Assembly (NCBI GenBank): GCA_964652265.1
Contig: CAZZAL010000001.1
Coordinates: 37,783 to 101,782 of the forward strand
DNA: 64,000 nucleotides
Source of the DNA: an uncultured Planctomycetia bacterium
GTDB lineage: Bacteria > Omnitrophota > Gorgyraeia > Gorgyraeales > Gorgyraeaceae
Direction of reading: 5' to 3'
Shown: piece by piece, positions 31,508 to 43,905 of the stretch
Layout of the letters: the number at the start of each line of letters is the position of its first letter
How positions within the stretch are numbered: position 1 is the first letter of the stretch
Translations under genes and position numbers: made by a program
Notes under the pieces: generated by a model
Database searches by the model: none
Told to the model about the DNA's origin: nothing
Seen by the model: only the letters and a program-made list of their open reading frames with translations

Positions 31508-34500
31508 TTATTTCTTCTTCCTCTTTGCCTTTTTGCGCTTTTTGCGCTCGGCCTTGAGGTCCTCTTTTGAGACTATTACCGGCGAAGCAGTTCCTTCCTT
31601 GTACTCTGTCTTTATATCCAAACAAAGACTCTGAAGTTCTTTTACTAATACGTTAAAAGATTCCGGCGTCCCAGGACGAAGCGCTTGCTCGCCCTTTACT
31701 ATAGACTCATACATCTTTGTCCTGCCGGAAACATCATCGCTCTTTACAGTCAAAAGCTCTTGAAGTGTATACGCAGCTCCGTATGCCTCAAGCGCCCACA
31801 CTTCCATCTCTCCGAATCTCTGTCCTCCGAATTGTGCTTTGCCTCCTAGTGGCTGCTGCGTGACAAGCGAGTATGGACCGATTGAGCGCGCATGTATCTT
31901 TTCGTCAACAAGATGCGCGAGCTTCATTATGTTAATATAGCCGACTGTGACCTTTTGATCAAAGGCCTGGCCTGTCAAGCCATCGCATAGCGTTACTTTC
32001 CCGTTTTCAGGAAGTCCGGCTTCTTTTAGTTCCAGCCTCACCTCTTCTTCTTTTGCACCGTCAAAAACAGGTGTCGTGACCTTAAAACCCATTACCTTGG
32101 CAGCCCATCCGAGATGTGTCTCAAGGATCTGACCAACGTTCATTCGCGAAGGAACTCCTAAAGGATTCAAGATAATCTCCACAGGAGTACCGTCCTGCAT
32201 ATAAGGCATGTCTTCTTCCGGCAATATCTTTGCAATGACACCTTTGTTCCCATGTCGACCAGCCATCTTGTCTCCGACAGACAGCCTCTTTTTGCTCGCA
32301 ACGTAAACAACAACCCGCTTCAATACGCCTGCAGGCAACTCGTCGCCCCTCTTTATCTTGTCGACTTCGTGCTCTTCTTCATAAAGAACTTCTTCTATCT
32401 GGTCGCCGTAGGTCAGGAGCGTGCGCCTTATCTCTGATTCATGTTCAACGTCATCTTCTATTTTTACACTGGCTATATCACATTTCTCAAACTTACGTAT
32501 ATCCTTTTTGCGAATAGCCCTGCCCTCTGCTATCAATGTAGCCCCGGTTTCGTCGGACAAAAGGGGCGCTGTCAATTTTACTCCGGAAAGCAACTTAAAC
32601 AGGCGATTTTCTCTTTCTTTCTTGATATTTTCAACGCGCTTCTCGTATTCGTTCCTTATCTTCGAGATATCTCTGTGTTCCCTTTGAAGGACTTCCTTAG
32701 ATTTTGACTTCTGGCCTTTTCTTGAAAAAACTTTAGCATCAACAACGATGCCTTCCACTCCAGAAGGAACCGTAAGGGAAGCATCTCTCACGTCGCCTGC
32801 TTTTTCGCCAAAGATCGCGCGCAACAATTTTTCCTCAGGAGAAAGCTCTGTCTCACTCTTCGGTGCGACCTTGCCGACGAGTATATCGCCAGGCCCGATT
32901 TCTGCCCCGACCCTCACTATGCCGTCTTCACCGAGATTCTTCAGGGCCTCTTCGCTTACATTAGGGATATCCCTTGTAATCTCTTCGTTTCCAAGCCGAG
33001 TCTCCCTTGCCTCTACCTCGAACTCCTCTATATGTACAGAGGTATACATGTCTTCCTTTAATAACCTCTCACTTACAAGTATCGCATCTTCAAAATTATA
33101 ACCACGCCACGGCATGAACGCGACAAGCACATTTCTTCCGAGCGCAAGCTCCCCGTCTTTTGTGCCAGGTCCATCAGCAATGACATCGCCTGCCTTGATC
33201 TTTTCTCCTGTCTTTACAATCGGCCTCTGGTTTACAGCTGTGTTTGCGTTTGACCTGTCGAACTTTCTCAATTTATAACTGATGCTGTTATTGACCATGA
33301 TCTCATCTGCCTGCACATATGTGACCTTTCCCCCTGCCTTTGCCACTATAGTAGCTCCGGAATCAGTAGCAGTCTTTTTCTCCAAACCAGTGCCTATTAA
33401 AGGAGACTCTGTAAACAATAAAGGTACTGCTTGGCGCTGCATGTTGGATCCCATGAGAGCGCGGTTCGCGTCATCATGTTCTAAAAATGGTATAAGTCCT
33501 GCTGCAATACTGACGAGCTGTTTTGGTGATACGTCCATGTAGTCAATATTTTTTGGCGGCACGAGTGGAAAATTTCCCTTGTTCCTGCAAGGCACCCTAT
33601 CTTCTATAAAATAGGACTCCTTGTCTAGTTTTGCGTTTGCCTGTGCAACTATATATTGATCCTCGACGTCTGCTGTGAGGTATTCTATCCTGTTTGTGAC
33701 GCGGCCCTTCTCGACCTTTCTGTAGGGTGTTTCGATGAATCCAAACTTATTCACCCTCGCGTATGTTGAAAGTGAAGATATAAGCCCGATGTTCGGGCCT
33801 TCTGGTGTTTCTATCGGGCAGATCCTACCATAGTGTGAATGGTGCACGTCTCGCACCTCAAAGCCAGCCCTTTCCCTTGAAAGACCTCCGGGTCCGAGTG
33901 CGCTCAGTCGACGCTTGTGCGTCATCTCTGCGAGTGGGTTTGTCTGGTCCATAAACTGCGATAACTGGCTCCTGCCGAAGAAATCCTTGATCACGCTCGA
34001 GAGGACCTTTGAATTTATCAAATGGTACGGCATCATCGTCTCCATGTCATAAAGAGACATGCGGTCCTTACAGAAACGCTCTATCCTGGCAAGACCTATC
34101 CTGAATTGCTCGGCAATAAGCTCTCCAACAGTCCTTATGCGCCGGTTGCCAAGGTGATCTATATCGTCGATCTCGCCTTCGCCGTTTTTCAGGTCCAGTA
34201 AATATCTGATTACATTTACAATGGTGTCCTTATCCAGGGTGCTCTTATCAAGAGAAGAAGTCATGTTTAATTTGCGGTTCAATATGTAACGCCCTACCTT
34301 GCTCATATCATATCTGCGCTTGTCAAAAAACAGCCTATCAAGTAATGTCTTTGCGCTTTCGATCGTCAATGGGTCACCCGGTCTTAATCGTCTGTATATA
34401 TCAAGGAGTGCTTCCTCTTTATTGTGGGTATGGTCTCTATCAAGTGTGTTGGCGATCTCTGGAACAGTATCCCTGAATACCTCTAAATAACGAACACCGG

Positions 34501-35284
34501 CCTCCCATATCTTTTCTATTGACTCCTCGTCTAACCTGCTGTTATTTGCAAGAATCACCTCGTCTGTATCAGGGTGCTTCACGTCTTTTACTACGAGGCG
34601 GCCTGTATATTTAAGGAGCGTTGATTTTCTTGTGGGCCTGGCCCTTTCAACACCTGTAAAAAGTCGCATTATATCTTCACTTGTCTCGCAACCAAGCGCA
34701 CGTAAAAGAATAGTCGCCAGTATCTTTTTTCGCCTGTCTATAAACACATGAAGGACATCGTTTGCATCAAACTCAAACTCCATCCATGCGCCACGGGCTG
34801 GTATTATCCTTCCAGAATAGATTCTTTTTCCTGTTGCGTGCAGGGATTCCTCGAATGATACTCCAGGCGAACGGTGAAGTTGACTCACTATTACCCTTTC
34901 ATCACCGTTTATTATAAAGGTACCGTTCTCTGTCATGAGCGGTAGGTCACCAAGGTAAACCTCCTGCTCTTTGGTCTCTTTTTTATTTTTCAGCTTTACC
35001 TTTACCTTTAAAGGTGAGGCATAGCTGACAGCCCTCCTCTGACATTCCAGCCTGTCATATTTCGGTTTTCCCAATGTATAATACGAAAATTCCAGCCTCG
35101 TATTGCCATCGTTGCTCTCTATAGGAAAGACCTCTTCAAATACTGCCTGCAGCCCTTCTCTTTTGCGCTTTGTCTTAGGTGTAGTCATCTGCAGAAATGC
35201 AGTATATGAGCGCGTTTGTATCTCAAGGAGATACGGGATACTGGTAACGCTTTTCAGCTTTGCATAGCTTTTACGCTTTATCAT
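31508..35284 (-). CDS. rpoB: DNA-directed RNA polymerase subunit beta
   Basis: 1258 aa. Conserved beta-subunit regions including the rifampicin cluster region. Confidence 0.95.
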   Translation of the reverse strand: MIKRKSYAKLKSVTSIPYLLEIQTRSYTAFLQMTTPKTKRKREGLQAVFEEVFPIESNDGNTRLEFSYYTLGKPKYDRLECQRRAVSYASPLKVKVKLKNKKETKEQEVYLGDLPLMTENGTFIINGDERVIVSQLHRSPGVSFEESLHATGKRIYSGRIIPARGAWMEFEFDANDVLHVFIDRRKKILATILLRALGCETSEDIMRLFTGVERARPTRKSTLLKYTGRLVVKDVKHPDTDEVILANNSRLDEESIEKIWEAGVRYLEVFRDTVPEIANTLDRDHTHNKEEALLDIYRRLRPGDPLTIESAKTLLDRLFFDKRRYDMSKVGRYILNRKLNMTSSLDKSTLDKDTIVNVIRYLLDLKNGEGEIDDIDHLGNRRIRTVGELIAEQFRIGLARIERFCKDRMSLYDMETMMPYHLINSKVLSSVIKDFFGRSQLSQFMDQTNPLAEMTHKRRLSALGPGGLSRERAGFEVRDVHHSHYGRICPIETPEGPNIGLISSLSTYARVNKFGFIETPYRKVEKGRVTNRIEYLTADVEDQYIVAQANAKLDKESYFIEDRVPCRNKGNFPLVPPKNIDYMDVSPKQLVSIAAGLIPFLEHDDANRALMGSNMQRQAVPLLFTESPLIGTGLEKKTATDSGATIVAKAGGKVTYVQADEIMVNNSISYKLRKFDRSNANTAVNQRPIVKTGEKIKAGDVIADGPGTKDGELALGRNVLVAFMPWRGYNFEDAILVSERLLKEDMYTSVHIEEFEVEARETRLGNEEITRDIPNVSEEALKNLGEDGIVRVGAEIGPGDILVGKVAPKSETELSPEEKLLRAIFGEKAGDVRDASLTVPSGVEGIVVDAKVFSRKGQKSKSKEVLQREHRDISKIRNEYEKRVENIKKERENRLFKLLSGVKLTAPLLSDETGATLIAEGRAIRKKDIRKFEKCDIASVKIEDDVEHESEIRRTLLTYGDQIEEVLYEEEHEVDKIKRGDELPAGVLKRVVVYVASKKRLSVGDKMAGRHGNKGVIAKILPEEDMPYMQDGTPVEIILNPLGVPSRMNVGQILETHLGWAAKVMGFKVTTPVFDGAKEEEVRLELKEAGLPENGKVTLCDGLTGQAFDQKVTVGYINIMKLAHLVDEKIHARSIGPYSLVTQQPLGGKAQFGGQRFGEMEVWALEAYGAAYTLQELLTVKSDDVSGRTKMYESIVKGEQALRPGTPESFNVLVKELQSLCLDIKTEYKEGTASPVIVSKEDLKAERKKRKKAKRKKK

Positions 35285-35337
35285 AAGCTCCTCACTAACC
35301 TCACGTCCCTTACAATAAAAGATCTATTGAGGTTAAG

Positions 35338-35727
35338 TTATTTCAGCTCGACCTTTGCGCCCTGTGCCTCGAGTTTCTTCTTTACCTCTTCTGCCTCATC
35401 TTTACCAACGCCTTCTTTTACTGTCTTTGGAGCGCCTTCGACCAGTTCCTTTGCCTCTTTAAGGCCCAGGCTTGTGATAGTACGGATCTCTTTTATGACC
35501 TGGATCTTCTTGTCGCCTGCTGCCGCCAAGACAACCGTAAACGTGGTCTTTTCCTCTTCTGCACCAGCTGCGCCAGGTGCCGCGGCACCTGCGACTTGTG
35601 CCACTACAGGGGCCTGTGCAGTTACGCCGAATTTCTCTTCAATGGACTTGACAAGGTTTGAAAGCTCAAGAACAGACAAACCCTCAATCGTACCAAGCAT
35701 TTCCTCAATCTTTTTTGCATCCGCCAT
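35338..35727 (-). CDS. rplL: 50S ribosomal protein L7/L12
   Basis: 129 aa. Ala-rich hinge and C-terminal domain [18 protein letters not shown]. Confidence 0.92.
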   Translation of the reverse strand: MADAKKIEEMLGTIEGLSVLELSNLVKSIEEKFGVTAQAPVVAQVAGAAAPGAAGAEEEKTTFTVVLAAAGDKKIQVIKEIRTITSLGLKEAKELVEGAPKTVKEGVGKDEAEEVKKKLEAQGAKVELK

Positions 35728-35782
35728 TTCATCCTCCTTGATTTCGCCCGTTTAACTTCACAATAGTTTATTTTTTGCAAAG

Positions 35783-36451
35783 TTACGGCTGTTTATTTTC
35801 GCTTTTATCTTCTTTTGCTTCAGGCTTTGTTTCCTCTTTTTTCTCTTCAGGTTTTTCAGGAGCCGAGGCAACTTCTTTTGCCTCTTCCTTTGGCTTATCT
35901 GCTGCTACAGGAGCAGGTGCATCTGATTCTTTCTTATCTTTTACAGCGTTCAATGCATACAGAAATTTACATATGATCGCGTTTAGTGCGCCAGCCAAAC
36001 CCTGTATGGGCGCATTAAGCACATTAGCGAGCGTCCCAAGCAATGTCTCCCGTGAAGGAAGTGATGCAAGTACTTTTATATCTTCCTTGGAAAGAAGCTC
36101 GCCGCTCATGAGCCCACCACGAATCTTTAAGGCCGTGTGATCTTTTGAAAATTTTACAAGCACCTTGGATAGGTGCGCAGCATCTGTCTTTTTATCCAGC
36201 GCTATCCCTACTTCGCCTTCGATAAATTCCGATATCTTGTCATTCCGATTCTCAGTGAACGCCCTTTTTACCATGGAATCCTTCACGATAACATAATCAC
36301 CCGATGCCCCCCTTAATTCTCTGCGAAGCTCGTTTAGATCATGTGCAGTGAGGCCTTTGTAGTTTGTGACAATAAGAGAATCTGCCTGTTTAAGTCGGTC
36401 GGTTATCTCTTCAACGACTATTTTTTTACACTCCATTGAAAGCTTTGCCAT
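35783..36451 (-). CDS. rplJ: 50S ribosomal protein L10 with about 50-aa Ala/Pro/Glu/Lys-rich C-terminal extension
   Basis: 222 aa against a typical 165-175 aa. Start codon adjoins the rplA stop, with no leader. Confidence 0.9.
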   Translation of the reverse strand: MAKLSMECKKIVVEEITDRLKQADSLIVTNYKGLTAHDLNELRRELRGASGDYVIVKDSMVKRAFTENRNDKISEFIEGEVGIALDKKTDAAHLSKVLVKFSKDHTALKIRGGLMSGELLSKEDIKVLASLPSRETLLGTLANVLNAPIQGLAGALNAIICKFLYALNAVKDKKESDAPAPVAADKPKEEAKEVASAPEKPEEKKEETKPEAKEDKSENKQP

Positions 36452-37140
36452 TATGATGTCCCCAGTTTTACAAGATCCAGCTTCATGCCCGGACTCATTG
36501 TTGTAGAAATACTGATATGTTTTACAAACTTTCCCTTTATGCCCTGCGGCCTGGATTTATTTATGGCCTTTATGATACTAGCAGCGTTTTCGCAAATCGC
36601 CTTTTCTTCAAACGAGATCTTGCCTATGCCACTGTTTATATTGGACTGCTTGTCGAGCTTAAATTCTATCTTGCCTGCCTTTGCATCTTTTACTGCTCCT
36701 GTCAGGTCATTGGTAACAGTGCCTGTCTTTGGATTTGGCATGAGTCCGCGCGGACCAAGTATTTTCCCTAATTTACCTACATCTCTCATCATATCCGGGG
36801 CACTCACCACTACATCAAAATCAATCCAGCCAGAGGTTATCTTTTGAATAAGATCCGCTCCTCCCACATAATCAGCACCTGCCTCTTTCGCAGCTGTAGC
36901 GCCTTCGCCCTTGCAGAGCACCAATACCCTTACATTCTTGCCTGTGCCATTTGGTAATCTCACAGTGCCTCTGACCATCTGATCAGCCTGCTTAGGGTCT
37001 GCGTTTAACTTAAACGACAACTCCACTGTCTCATCAAATTTCGCGTGAGGTGCTTTCTTTAATATCGAAACAGCCTCCTCGAGCAGATAGGCCTTGGATT
37101 TATCTATTAATTTTTCAAATTCTTTCATGCGCTTAGTCAT
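36451..37140 (-). CDS. rplA: 50S ribosomal protein L1
   Basis: 229 aa. L1 fold signature. Confidence 0.92.
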   Translation of the reverse strand: MTKRMKEFEKLIDKSKAYLLEEAVSILKKAPHAKFDETVELSFKLNADPKQADQMVRGTVRLPNGTGKNVRVLVLCKGEGATAAKEAGADYVGGADLIQKITSGWIDFDVVVSAPDMMRDVGKLGKILGPRGLMPNPKTGTVTNDLTGAVKDAKAGKIEFKLDKQSNINSGIGKISFEEKAICENAASIIKAINKSRPQGIKGKFVKHISISTTMSPGMKLDLVKLGTS

Positions 37141-37562
37141 TCAACCACCTCTATACCCATGCTCCTGGCCGTACCCTCTACCGTCTTCATAGCACTCTCC
37201 ACGCCAGAGGCATTGAGATCCTTCATCTTTGTCTGCGCAATCTCCTTGACCTGTGCCTTTGTCACCTTGCCTATTTTTTCCTTGTTCGGAGTACCTGATG
37301 CCTTTGCCACGCCGCAGGCGCGTTTTAAAAGCACTGAACACGGCGGACTCTTTACAATAAAAGAAAATGACTTGTCTTCGTACACTGATATTACGACAGG
37401 CAATATCAGGCCTGGCCTGTCTTTTGTCTTTTCGTTGAAAGACTTGCAAAACTCCATTATGTTCACGCCATGCTGACCCAACGCAGGGCCTACAGGAGGT
37501 GCAGGGTTTGCCTGTGCGCCTGTAACATGCAGCTTGATCATTGATTTAATCTTTTTTGCCAT
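37137..37562 (-). CDS. rplK: 50S ribosomal protein L11
   Basis: 141 aa. [19 protein letters not shown]. Confidence 0.93.
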   Translation of the reverse strand: MAKKIKSMIKLHVTGAQANPAPPVGPALGQHGVNIMEFCKSFNEKTKDRPGLILPVVISVYEDKSFSFIVKSPPCSVLLKRACGVAKASGTPNKEKIGKVTKAQVKEIAQTKMKDLNASGVESAMKTVEGTARSMGIEVVE

Positions 37563-37570
37563 ATCCTCTC

Positions 37571-38101
37571 CTACAACTTCTCGACCTGCCAGTATTCCAT
37601 CTCCACTGGCGTGGCGCGGCCGAATATCAAAACCATTACTTTTATCTTGCCTTTATCCGGGTTCACTTCTTCTACTGTGCCGCTAAAATTCACGAACGGG
37701 CCTTCTATTATCTTGACGCTATCACCGTTTTCAAAGACTACTTTAGGCGTGGGTTTTTCCTTGCGCTCCTCGGTCTGCTTTATTATGTGATTAACCTCGC
37801 TGTCTAACAGGGGTATGGGCTTTGTCTTGGTCCCTATAAAACCTGTAACGCCAGGCATATTCCTTATCACATACCAAATATCATCATCCAAGTCCATCTC
37901 TACTAATACATATCCCGGGAAAAACTTCCTTTGAGAGATCCTCTTTTTGCCATCTTTGACTTCCGAGACCTGTTCTGTCGGTATAAGGACATGAAAGACT
38001 TTGTCCTTCAGCGCGCCATCCTGGATCTTGTTTTCGACGCTCGCCTTAACCTTGTCTTCTTGTCCTGTCAATGTGTGTATTACATACCACTTATGGCTCA
38101 T
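37571..38101 (-). CDS. nusG: transcription termination/antitermination factor NusG
   Basis: 176 aa. NGN domain [11 protein letters not shown] plus C-terminal KOW. Confidence 0.92.
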   Translation of the reverse strand: MSHKWYVIHTLTGQEDKVKASVENKIQDGALKDKVFHVLIPTEQVSEVKDGKKRISQRKFFPGYVLVEMDLDDDIWYVIRNMPGVTGFIGTKTKPIPLLDSEVNHIIKQTEERKEKPTPKVVFENGDSVKIIEGPFVNFSGTVEEVNPDKGKIKVMVLIFGRATPVEMEYWQVEKL

Positions 38102-38108
38102 AACTCGC

Positions 38109-38300
38109 TTATCTCAAAAGAATATTTATGAATCTGGATAATATTAAATCTACAACGCCTATAAATACAGCCAAGAGAGCCACAGAAGTAACTACAACGA
38201 TTGTTGAACCCACGAGCTCATTCCTGTCAGACCAAGAAACCTTCTGCATCTCGACTTTTACTTCAGCTACAAATTTTGTTATATTTGAAAATATCTTCAT
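38109..38300 (-). CDS. secE: preprotein translocase subunit SecE
   Basis: 63 aa, single TM helix, canonical position upstream of nusG. Confidence 0.85.
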   Translation of the reverse strand: MKIFSNITKFVAEVKVEMQKVSWSDRNELVGSTIVVVTSVALLAVFIGVVDLILSRFINILLR

Positions 38301-38344
38301 CGTATCCTGCTCTCGTTCCGAATCCCCTGCCTAAGCAAAATCAA

Positions 38345-38421
<77 letters not shown>

Positions 38422-38460
38422 CCATTCTTTTTGCTCAAGGCCTTCATTCCCATATAACGC

Positions 38461-38515
38461 AAGGGCCGACCTACTACTATGCCGGCCCTTGGGTTATAGC
38501 GGACGAAGGTCCGCT
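38461..38515 (-). other. two stable stem-loops in the rpmG to tRNA-Trp spacer (8-bp stem AAGGGCCG/CGGCCCTT; 7-bp stem AGCGGAC/GTCCGCT with GAAG loop)
   Basis: Inverted repeats read directly in the sequence. Not followed by a clean U-tract in the transcribed orientation, so more likely a processing or structural element than an intrinsic terminator. Confidence 0.4.
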
Positions 38516-38521
38516 CCTAAT

Positions 38522-38674
38522 TTATTTTTCTTCCTTATGCAATGTTCTCTTTTTGCAGAACTTGCAGAATTTTTTTATCTCCAATCTCTTTGTCTGTAGT
38601 TTTTTATTTTTACTGCTGGTGTAATTTTTCCTCTTACACTCTGTGCACGTAATGATTATTAATTCCCGCGGCAT
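38522..38674 (-). CDS. rpmG: 50S ribosomal protein L33 (Cys4 zinc-binding form)
   Basis: Hand translation gives MPRELIIITCTECKRKNYTSSKNKKLQTKRLEIKKFCKFCKKRTLHKEEK (50 aa). Under 60 aa, so absent from the ORF track. Classic tufB-rpmG-tRNATrp-secE order. Confidence 0.88.
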   Translation of the reverse strand: MPRELIIITCTECKRKNYTSSKNKKLQTKRLEIKKFCKFCKKRTLHKEEK

Positions 38675-39902
38675 CTCTACTCCATTTAGGCGACTACCTC
38701 AGATACAACGCCTGCACCTACTGTATGTCCACCTTCGCGTATTGCAAACCTTAGTTCTTTTTCCATTGCGATAGGGGTTATTAGTTCGACTTCCATCTCT
38801 ACGTTATCACCAGGCATTACCATCTCTGTACCGGCAGGTAATGTTGCTACTCCTGTGACATCAGTCGTCCTGAAGTAAAACTGTGGACGATATCCCTTGA
38901 AGAACGGTGTGTGGCGGCCGCCTTCTTCTTTTGTCAATACGTATACTTTTGCTTTGAATTTTGTGTGGGGTGTGATTGAACCTGGTTTTGCCAGGACGTG
39001 TCCTCGCTCGAGGTCCTTTTTTTCAATGCCTCGTAGGAGTACTCCTACGTTGTCGCCGGCGCGGCCTTCATCCAGGAGCTTCCTGAACATCTCAACGCCT
39101 GTTACGACTGTCTTTTTGGCCTTTTCCATCAAGCCTACGATCTCTACTTCTTCGCCTACTTTTATTATGCCTCTCTCTATTCTTCCTGTGCCTACTGTGC
39201 CTCGGCCAGTGATAGAGAATACATCTTCTACTGCCATCAAGAAGGGTTTTTCAACGTCTCTTTTTGGTTCTGGGATGTAAGAATCGACCTGCTTCATCAA
39301 CTCAAAGATAGGGCCGCAGGCTTTACAGTCATCTTTTCCACAGCCGCAGTTCATTGCGTTAAGGGCAGATCCTTTTACGATAGGTATCTTGTCTCCTGGG
39401 AACTCATATTTTGTTAAGAGATCCCTTACTTCCAGGTCTACCAGATCTAAGAGTTCTGCGTCATCTACTGCATCGCATTTATTTAAGAATACTACTATGG
39501 CTGGAACGCCTACCTGGCGGGCTAAGAGGATGTGTTCACGGGTCTGCGGCATTGGGCCGTCTACAGCTGATACAACGAGTATCGCACCATCCATCTGTGC
39601 AGAACCTGTTATCATGTTCTTGATATAGTCTGCGTGGCCTGGGCAATCTACGTGGGCGTAGTGGCGTGCCTCTGTTGTATATTCTGCGTGGTGGACGTTT
39701 ATGGTCACGCCTCGCTCTTTTTCCTCGGGGGCGTTATCGATCTCATCAAAGGCCTTTGCCTGGGCTAAGCCCTTTGTTGCCAAGCACTTTGTGATGCTTG
39801 AAGTGAGTGTGGTCTTACCATGGTCCACGTGTCCTATTGTGCCTATATTTACGTGTGGTTTAGTGCGTTGGAATTTTTCCTTTGCCATTTTACCCTCCTG
39901 GG
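38670..39902 (-). repeat. direct repeat, copy B (tuf plus flanks)
   Basis: See copy A. The two copies are about 15.5 kb apart in the same orientation. Confidence 0.85.
38686..39888 (-). CDS. tuf: elongation factor Tu (copy 2, tufB-like; 3 aa differences from copy 1)
   Basis: 400 aa. Identical to copy 1 except S191G, I211V, I399V. Preceded by tRNA-Thr(GGT). Confidence 0.95.
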   Translation of the reverse strand: MAKEKFQRTKPHVNIGTIGHVDHGKTTLTSSITKCLATKGLAQAKAFDEIDNAPEEKERGVTINVHHAEYTTEARHYAHVDCPGHADYIKNMITGSAQMDGAILVVSAVDGPMPQTREHILLARQVGVPAIVVFLNKCDAVDDAELLDLVDLEVRDLLTKYEFPGDKIPIVKGSALNAMNCGCGKDDCKACGPIFELMKQVDSYIPEPKRDVEKPFLMAVEDVFSITGRGTVGTGRIERGIIKVGEEVEIVGLMEKAKKTVVTGVEMFRKLLDEGRAGDNVGVLLRGIEKKDLERGHVLAKPGSITPHTKFKAKVYVLTKEEGGRHTPFFKGYRPQFYFRTTDVTGVATLPAGTEMVMPGDNVEMEVELITPIAMEKELRFAIREGGHTVGAGVVSEVVA

Positions 39903-39926
39903 GGTTGCTCCGCCATTCTTACACGG

Positions 39927-39999
<73 letters not shown>

Positions 40000-40112
40000 A
40001 GATCACCACTATATATTCTATATTATATATATTATATATAGGTAGAAACAGAGATAGGATTATAACATATTAAAGTAGACTGTCAAGAAAAAAATTAAAA
40101 TATTTTCACAGC
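40000..40112 (-). promoter_or_regulatory. AT-rich spacer (TATATATTATATATA tracts) between mgtE and tRNA-Thr/tufB; likely promoter/UP-element region for tRNA-Thr/tufB
   Basis: Longest non-coding stretch in the window. Strongly AT-rich with TA repeats. No confident -35/-10 assignment possible by eye. Confidence 0.35.
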
Positions 40113-41513
40113 CTACATCCGTAAGGCAGGGATCAAAAACTGGGCTATTTTGAAATAAATAATAAGCCCTAAGATATCTACTATGCTTGTGGTAAACGGA
40201 CCGGCCAAAACCGCAGGATCCATGCCAACTTTTTTAGACAGAAGCGGGAGGAATAAACCTGTTAATATAGCAAGTAAAACTACGGCTATCATAGTTACTC
40301 CTACTGCGATCGCCAACATTGGAGACTGTTGTAATAGAATTGCTCGCACGAAAGCAACCACTCCAACTATAGCTCCCATAAATAAAGCAGTGATCAATTC
40401 TACTCTTATTACTTTCCATATATTCTTAAATGTGACGTCTCCTGTTCCCAATCCCCTGATAATAGTAATAGATGTTTGGTTGCCGGCATTGCCGCCCGTA
40501 CCCAATAACATAGGGATAAAAAATGCTAGAGCCACGACGCTGCTTAATGAATGTTCAAACATCTTGAGTATCGTCCCGGTCAAAAAGTCGAACACCAAAA
40601 GAAGTACAAGCCAGGGTGCCCGGCGTTTCAATAGGCCTAAGCTACTCACATGTGCATAGCGTATCTCCTCTCCTTCTTCCGGAGACATCTTTCCTATTTC
40701 GTAGATTTCCTTTGTCGTCTCTTTATGCACTAATTCTACTACATCGTCTATGGTAATTATTCCCACTAGTCTATTTTCCACATCAACAACAGGCATATTC
40801 AACAGGTCATACTTTTTAAAATTACTGGCTACATCCACGCTTGAGGTACCTGTCTCCACCTTTATCCAGTCCACCGGCCTCATAACATCCTTTATAAGCA
40901 TAAGAGGTGAAGCGATAATCAACATCTGCAGTGTTACCTCTCCGAGTAACCTGTGGTTCTCATCTGTTATGTATATTGAATTTATATCTTTTATCTGGCC
41001 GGGTCTATAATTTTCCTGCAACCTCAGGAGCGCTTTCTTTGCCGTCATCGCGGGCCGTAATTCTATCAATTCCGTTGTCATTAAACTGCCAGCTGTGTCT
41101 TCCGCGTACTTCAAGAGCTTGTTAAGGTCATCCACCTCTTCTTTTTTCATCAAGCTCTTCAGCTTCTTTACGACTCTGGGAGGCAAGTCCTTAAAAAGGT
41201 CCGCTCTTTCATCCGATGCCATTTCATTCAGGACTTGCGAGATCTCCTGATTATCTAGATTATTTAAAAGGTACGATTGGTCTTGAAATGACAGGTTCTC
41301 AAAAATTTCTATTGCGGTCTTCTGGCTTAAGAGCTTAAAAACTAAAACCTTCTCATTTCCCTCAAGAAGGTTTATGCCTTCTACCAGGTCCATGGAAGGA
41401 ATTCTCTTTATTATATCCCTGACCTGGGCAAAATTCCTTTCACGGAGACGCTCTTTTATCTCCGGAAGAAAAAGCGCAAATGCATCAACTTTTTTATTGA
41501 GCTGAGCCTTCAT
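40113..41513 (-). CDS. mgtE: magnesium transporter MgtE
   Basis: 466 aa. MgtE N domain, tandem CBS domains, five-TM C-terminal MgtE domain. Confidence 0.88.
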   Translation of the reverse strand: MKAQLNKKVDAFALFLPEIKERLRERNFAQVRDIIKRIPSMDLVEGINLLEGNEKVLVFKLLSQKTAIEIFENLSFQDQSYLLNNLDNQEISQVLNEMASDERADLFKDLPPRVVKKLKSLMKKEEVDDLNKLLKYAEDTAGSLMTTELIELRPAMTAKKALLRLQENYRPGQIKDINSIYITDENHRLLGEVTLQMLIIASPLMLIKDVMRPVDWIKVETGTSSVDVASNFKKYDLLNMPVVDVENRLVGIITIDDVVELVHKETTKEIYEIGKMSPEEGEEIRYAHVSSLGLLKRRAPWLVLLLVFDFLTGTILKMFEHSLSSVVALAFFIPMLLGTGGNAGNQTSITIIRGLGTGDVTFKNIWKVIRVELITALFMGAIVGVVAFVRAILLQQSPMLAIAVGVTMIAVVLLAILTGLFLPLLSKKVGMDPAVLAGPFTTSIVDILGLIIYFKIAQFLIPALRM

Positions 41514-41523
41514 GATAAAAATA

Positions 41524-41598
41524 TGGAGCTGGCGAAAGGAATCGAACCTTCAACCTATGGTTTACAAAACCATTGCTCTGCCGTTGAGCTACGCCAGC
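41524..41598 (-). tRNA. thrU: tRNA-Thr (anticodon TGT), CCA encoded
   Basis: GCTGGCGTAGCTCAACGGCAGAGCAATGGTTTTGTAAACCATAGGTTGAAGGTTCGATTCCTTTCGCCAGCTCCA. Ends 10 nt upstream of the mgtE start codon. Confidence 0.82.
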
Positions 41599-41607
41599 AT
41601 CACTATT

Positions 41608-41681
41608 TGGAGCGGGTGAACGGGATCGAACCGTCATAGCTAGCTTGGAAGGCTAGTGCTCTGCCATTGAGCTACACCCGC
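41608..41681 (-). tRNA. glyT: tRNA-Gly (anticodon TCC), CCA encoded
   Basis: GCGGGTGTAGCTCAATGGCAGAGCACTAGCCTTCCAAGCTAGCTATGACGGTTCGATCCCGTTCACCCGCTCCA. Confidence 0.85.
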
Positions 41682-41698
41682 ACCTTCCTTTAATATAA

Positions 41699-42603
<905 letters not shown>

Positions 42604-42622
<19 letters not shown>

Positions 42623-42987
42623 AATATAGCATTACTGACAGCGTAATTAGCTGTATGAGACATGCTGACTATGATATTATCCAGATGGTTCTTTAAAGCA
42701 AACTCTTTTGCTTCTCCATGCAGGACTATTTCCGGCTTACCCTTTGAATCGTTCAAGACTTCGATATTCTTCAGCTGTATGCCGATCCGCGTATCCCCAA
42801 ACGCCTTCAACACAGATTCCTTGCACGCAAATCTTGCAGCCAGGCTTTCATGTGAAAACTTTTTAGTATTCGCATAATCCAGTTCCCGCTGCGTAAATAC
42901 CCTGTTTAAAAACCGGCTGCCCCAGGCCTCAAGCGCCTTCTTAACCCTATCTACCTCTATAATATCAACACCTGTGCCGACTATCAT
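42604..42987 (-). CDS. acpS: holo-[acyl-carrier-protein] synthase
   Basis: 127 aa. MIVGTGVDIIEVDRV N-terminus typical of AcpS. Confidence 0.88.
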
Positions 42988-43703
42988 CGCGCCCTCGCTA
43001 ATGCCTTCATGTCCTGCACTGCCTTTAAAAGCCCTGTAAATATAGCTCGAGAGATTATAGAATGCCCGATATTCAGCTCATTCACACCTTCTAGGCGAGC
43101 AATCCTCTTTACATTGTTGTAATCCAACCCATGCCCTGCATTCACTGTGAACCCCAAAGAAAGCGCAAGTTCGCAAGCGCCTTTTATTTTCTTAAACTCC
43201 TCATCCATGCTACGCCTAGAGGTTGCATCACTATACCGCCCTGTATGTATCTCGATGACTCTAGCCCCTATCTCTTTCGCTGCCATTATCTCGCGTTCAT
43301 CAGGATCGATAAAAATACTTACCTCTATCGCTTTCTCTTTCAGAGACCCTATGACTTTAGCTATTCCCTTTTTATTTCTACTGACACACAAACCGCCTTC
43401 TGTTGTCAGTTCTTGTCTTTTCTCAGGCACTAGTGTTGCCTGATGCGGCCTTATCCTCCTTGCCACCTTCACTATTTCCTTATCTATGGACATCTCAAGG
43501 TTAAACCTTGTCCTAACGATATCCTTTATAGCCTCTATATCTCTATCATTAATATGTCTACGATCCTCTCGCAGGTGCGCGACGATACTGTCGCAACCCG
43601 CTCGTTCACATACCTTAACAGCCTCTAGTGGACAAGGCTTTCGCCCTCCCCTTGCCTGCCTCAACGTAGCCACATGATCTACATTCACGCCGAGTGAGGG
43701 CAT
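42984..43703 (-). CDS. pdxJ: pyridoxine 5'-phosphate synthase
   Basis: 239 aa. LGVNVDHVATLRQARG N-terminus. Classic pdxJ-acpS adjacency. Confidence 0.9.
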   Translation of the reverse strand: MPSLGVNVDHVATLRQARGGRKPCPLEAVKVCERAGCDSIVAHLREDRRHINDRDIEAIKDIVRTRFNLEMSIDKEIVKVARRIRPHQATLVPEKRQELTTEGGLCVSRNKKGIAKVIGSLKEKAIEVSIFIDPDEREIMAAKEIGARVIEIHTGRYSDATSRRSMDEEFKKIKGACELALSLGFTVNAGHGLDYNNVKRIARLEGVNELNIGHSIISRAIFTGLLKAVQDMKALARAR

Positions 43704-43704
43704 T

Positions 43705-43902
43705 TCAATTCTTCTCCGTTATATAGCCTCTGTTTCCTGAGGTAGGCTGGTCTTTGGTAGACTCTATGGTAGGCGGTTTGTAGAACTTGTTACGGATCAA
43801 CTTTTGTTTGGTTAGCTCCCCATTAACATAAAGCCATGTTATAACAGCGAGCATCAGGGATATCATCTTTATCCAAAAATTATTTACTATCCAATTTTTC
43901 AT
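43705..43902 (-). CDS. 65-aa single-TM protein resembling only the N-terminal anchor of CdaR/YbbR (CdaA regulator)
   Basis: MKNWIVNNFWIKMISLMLAVITWLYVNGEL parallels the B. subtilis CdaR N-terminus MDKFLNNRWAVKIIALLFALLLYVAVN. Immediately downstream of cdaA; no YbbR repeat domains. Confidence 0.55.
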   Translation of the reverse strand: MKNWIVNNFWIKMISLMLAVITWLYVNGELTKQKLIRNKFYKPPTIESTKDQPTSGNRGYITEKN

Positions 43903-43905
43903 AAA

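Noticed and set aside
38461-38515. Stem-loops after rpmG as an intrinsic terminator separating tufB-rpmG from tRNA-Trp-secE-nusG
   Set aside because: The hairpins are real, but no U-tract follows in the transcribed orientation. More likely a processing or structural spacer. Kept as a low-confidence feature only.
40011-40050. TA-rich repetitive tract (TATATATTCTATATTATATATATTATATATA)
   Set aside because: It is a simple sequence in the only sizeable intergenic region. There are no regularly spaced direct repeats with unique spacers, so it is not a CRISPR array. Most likely promoter/UP-element AT-richness.
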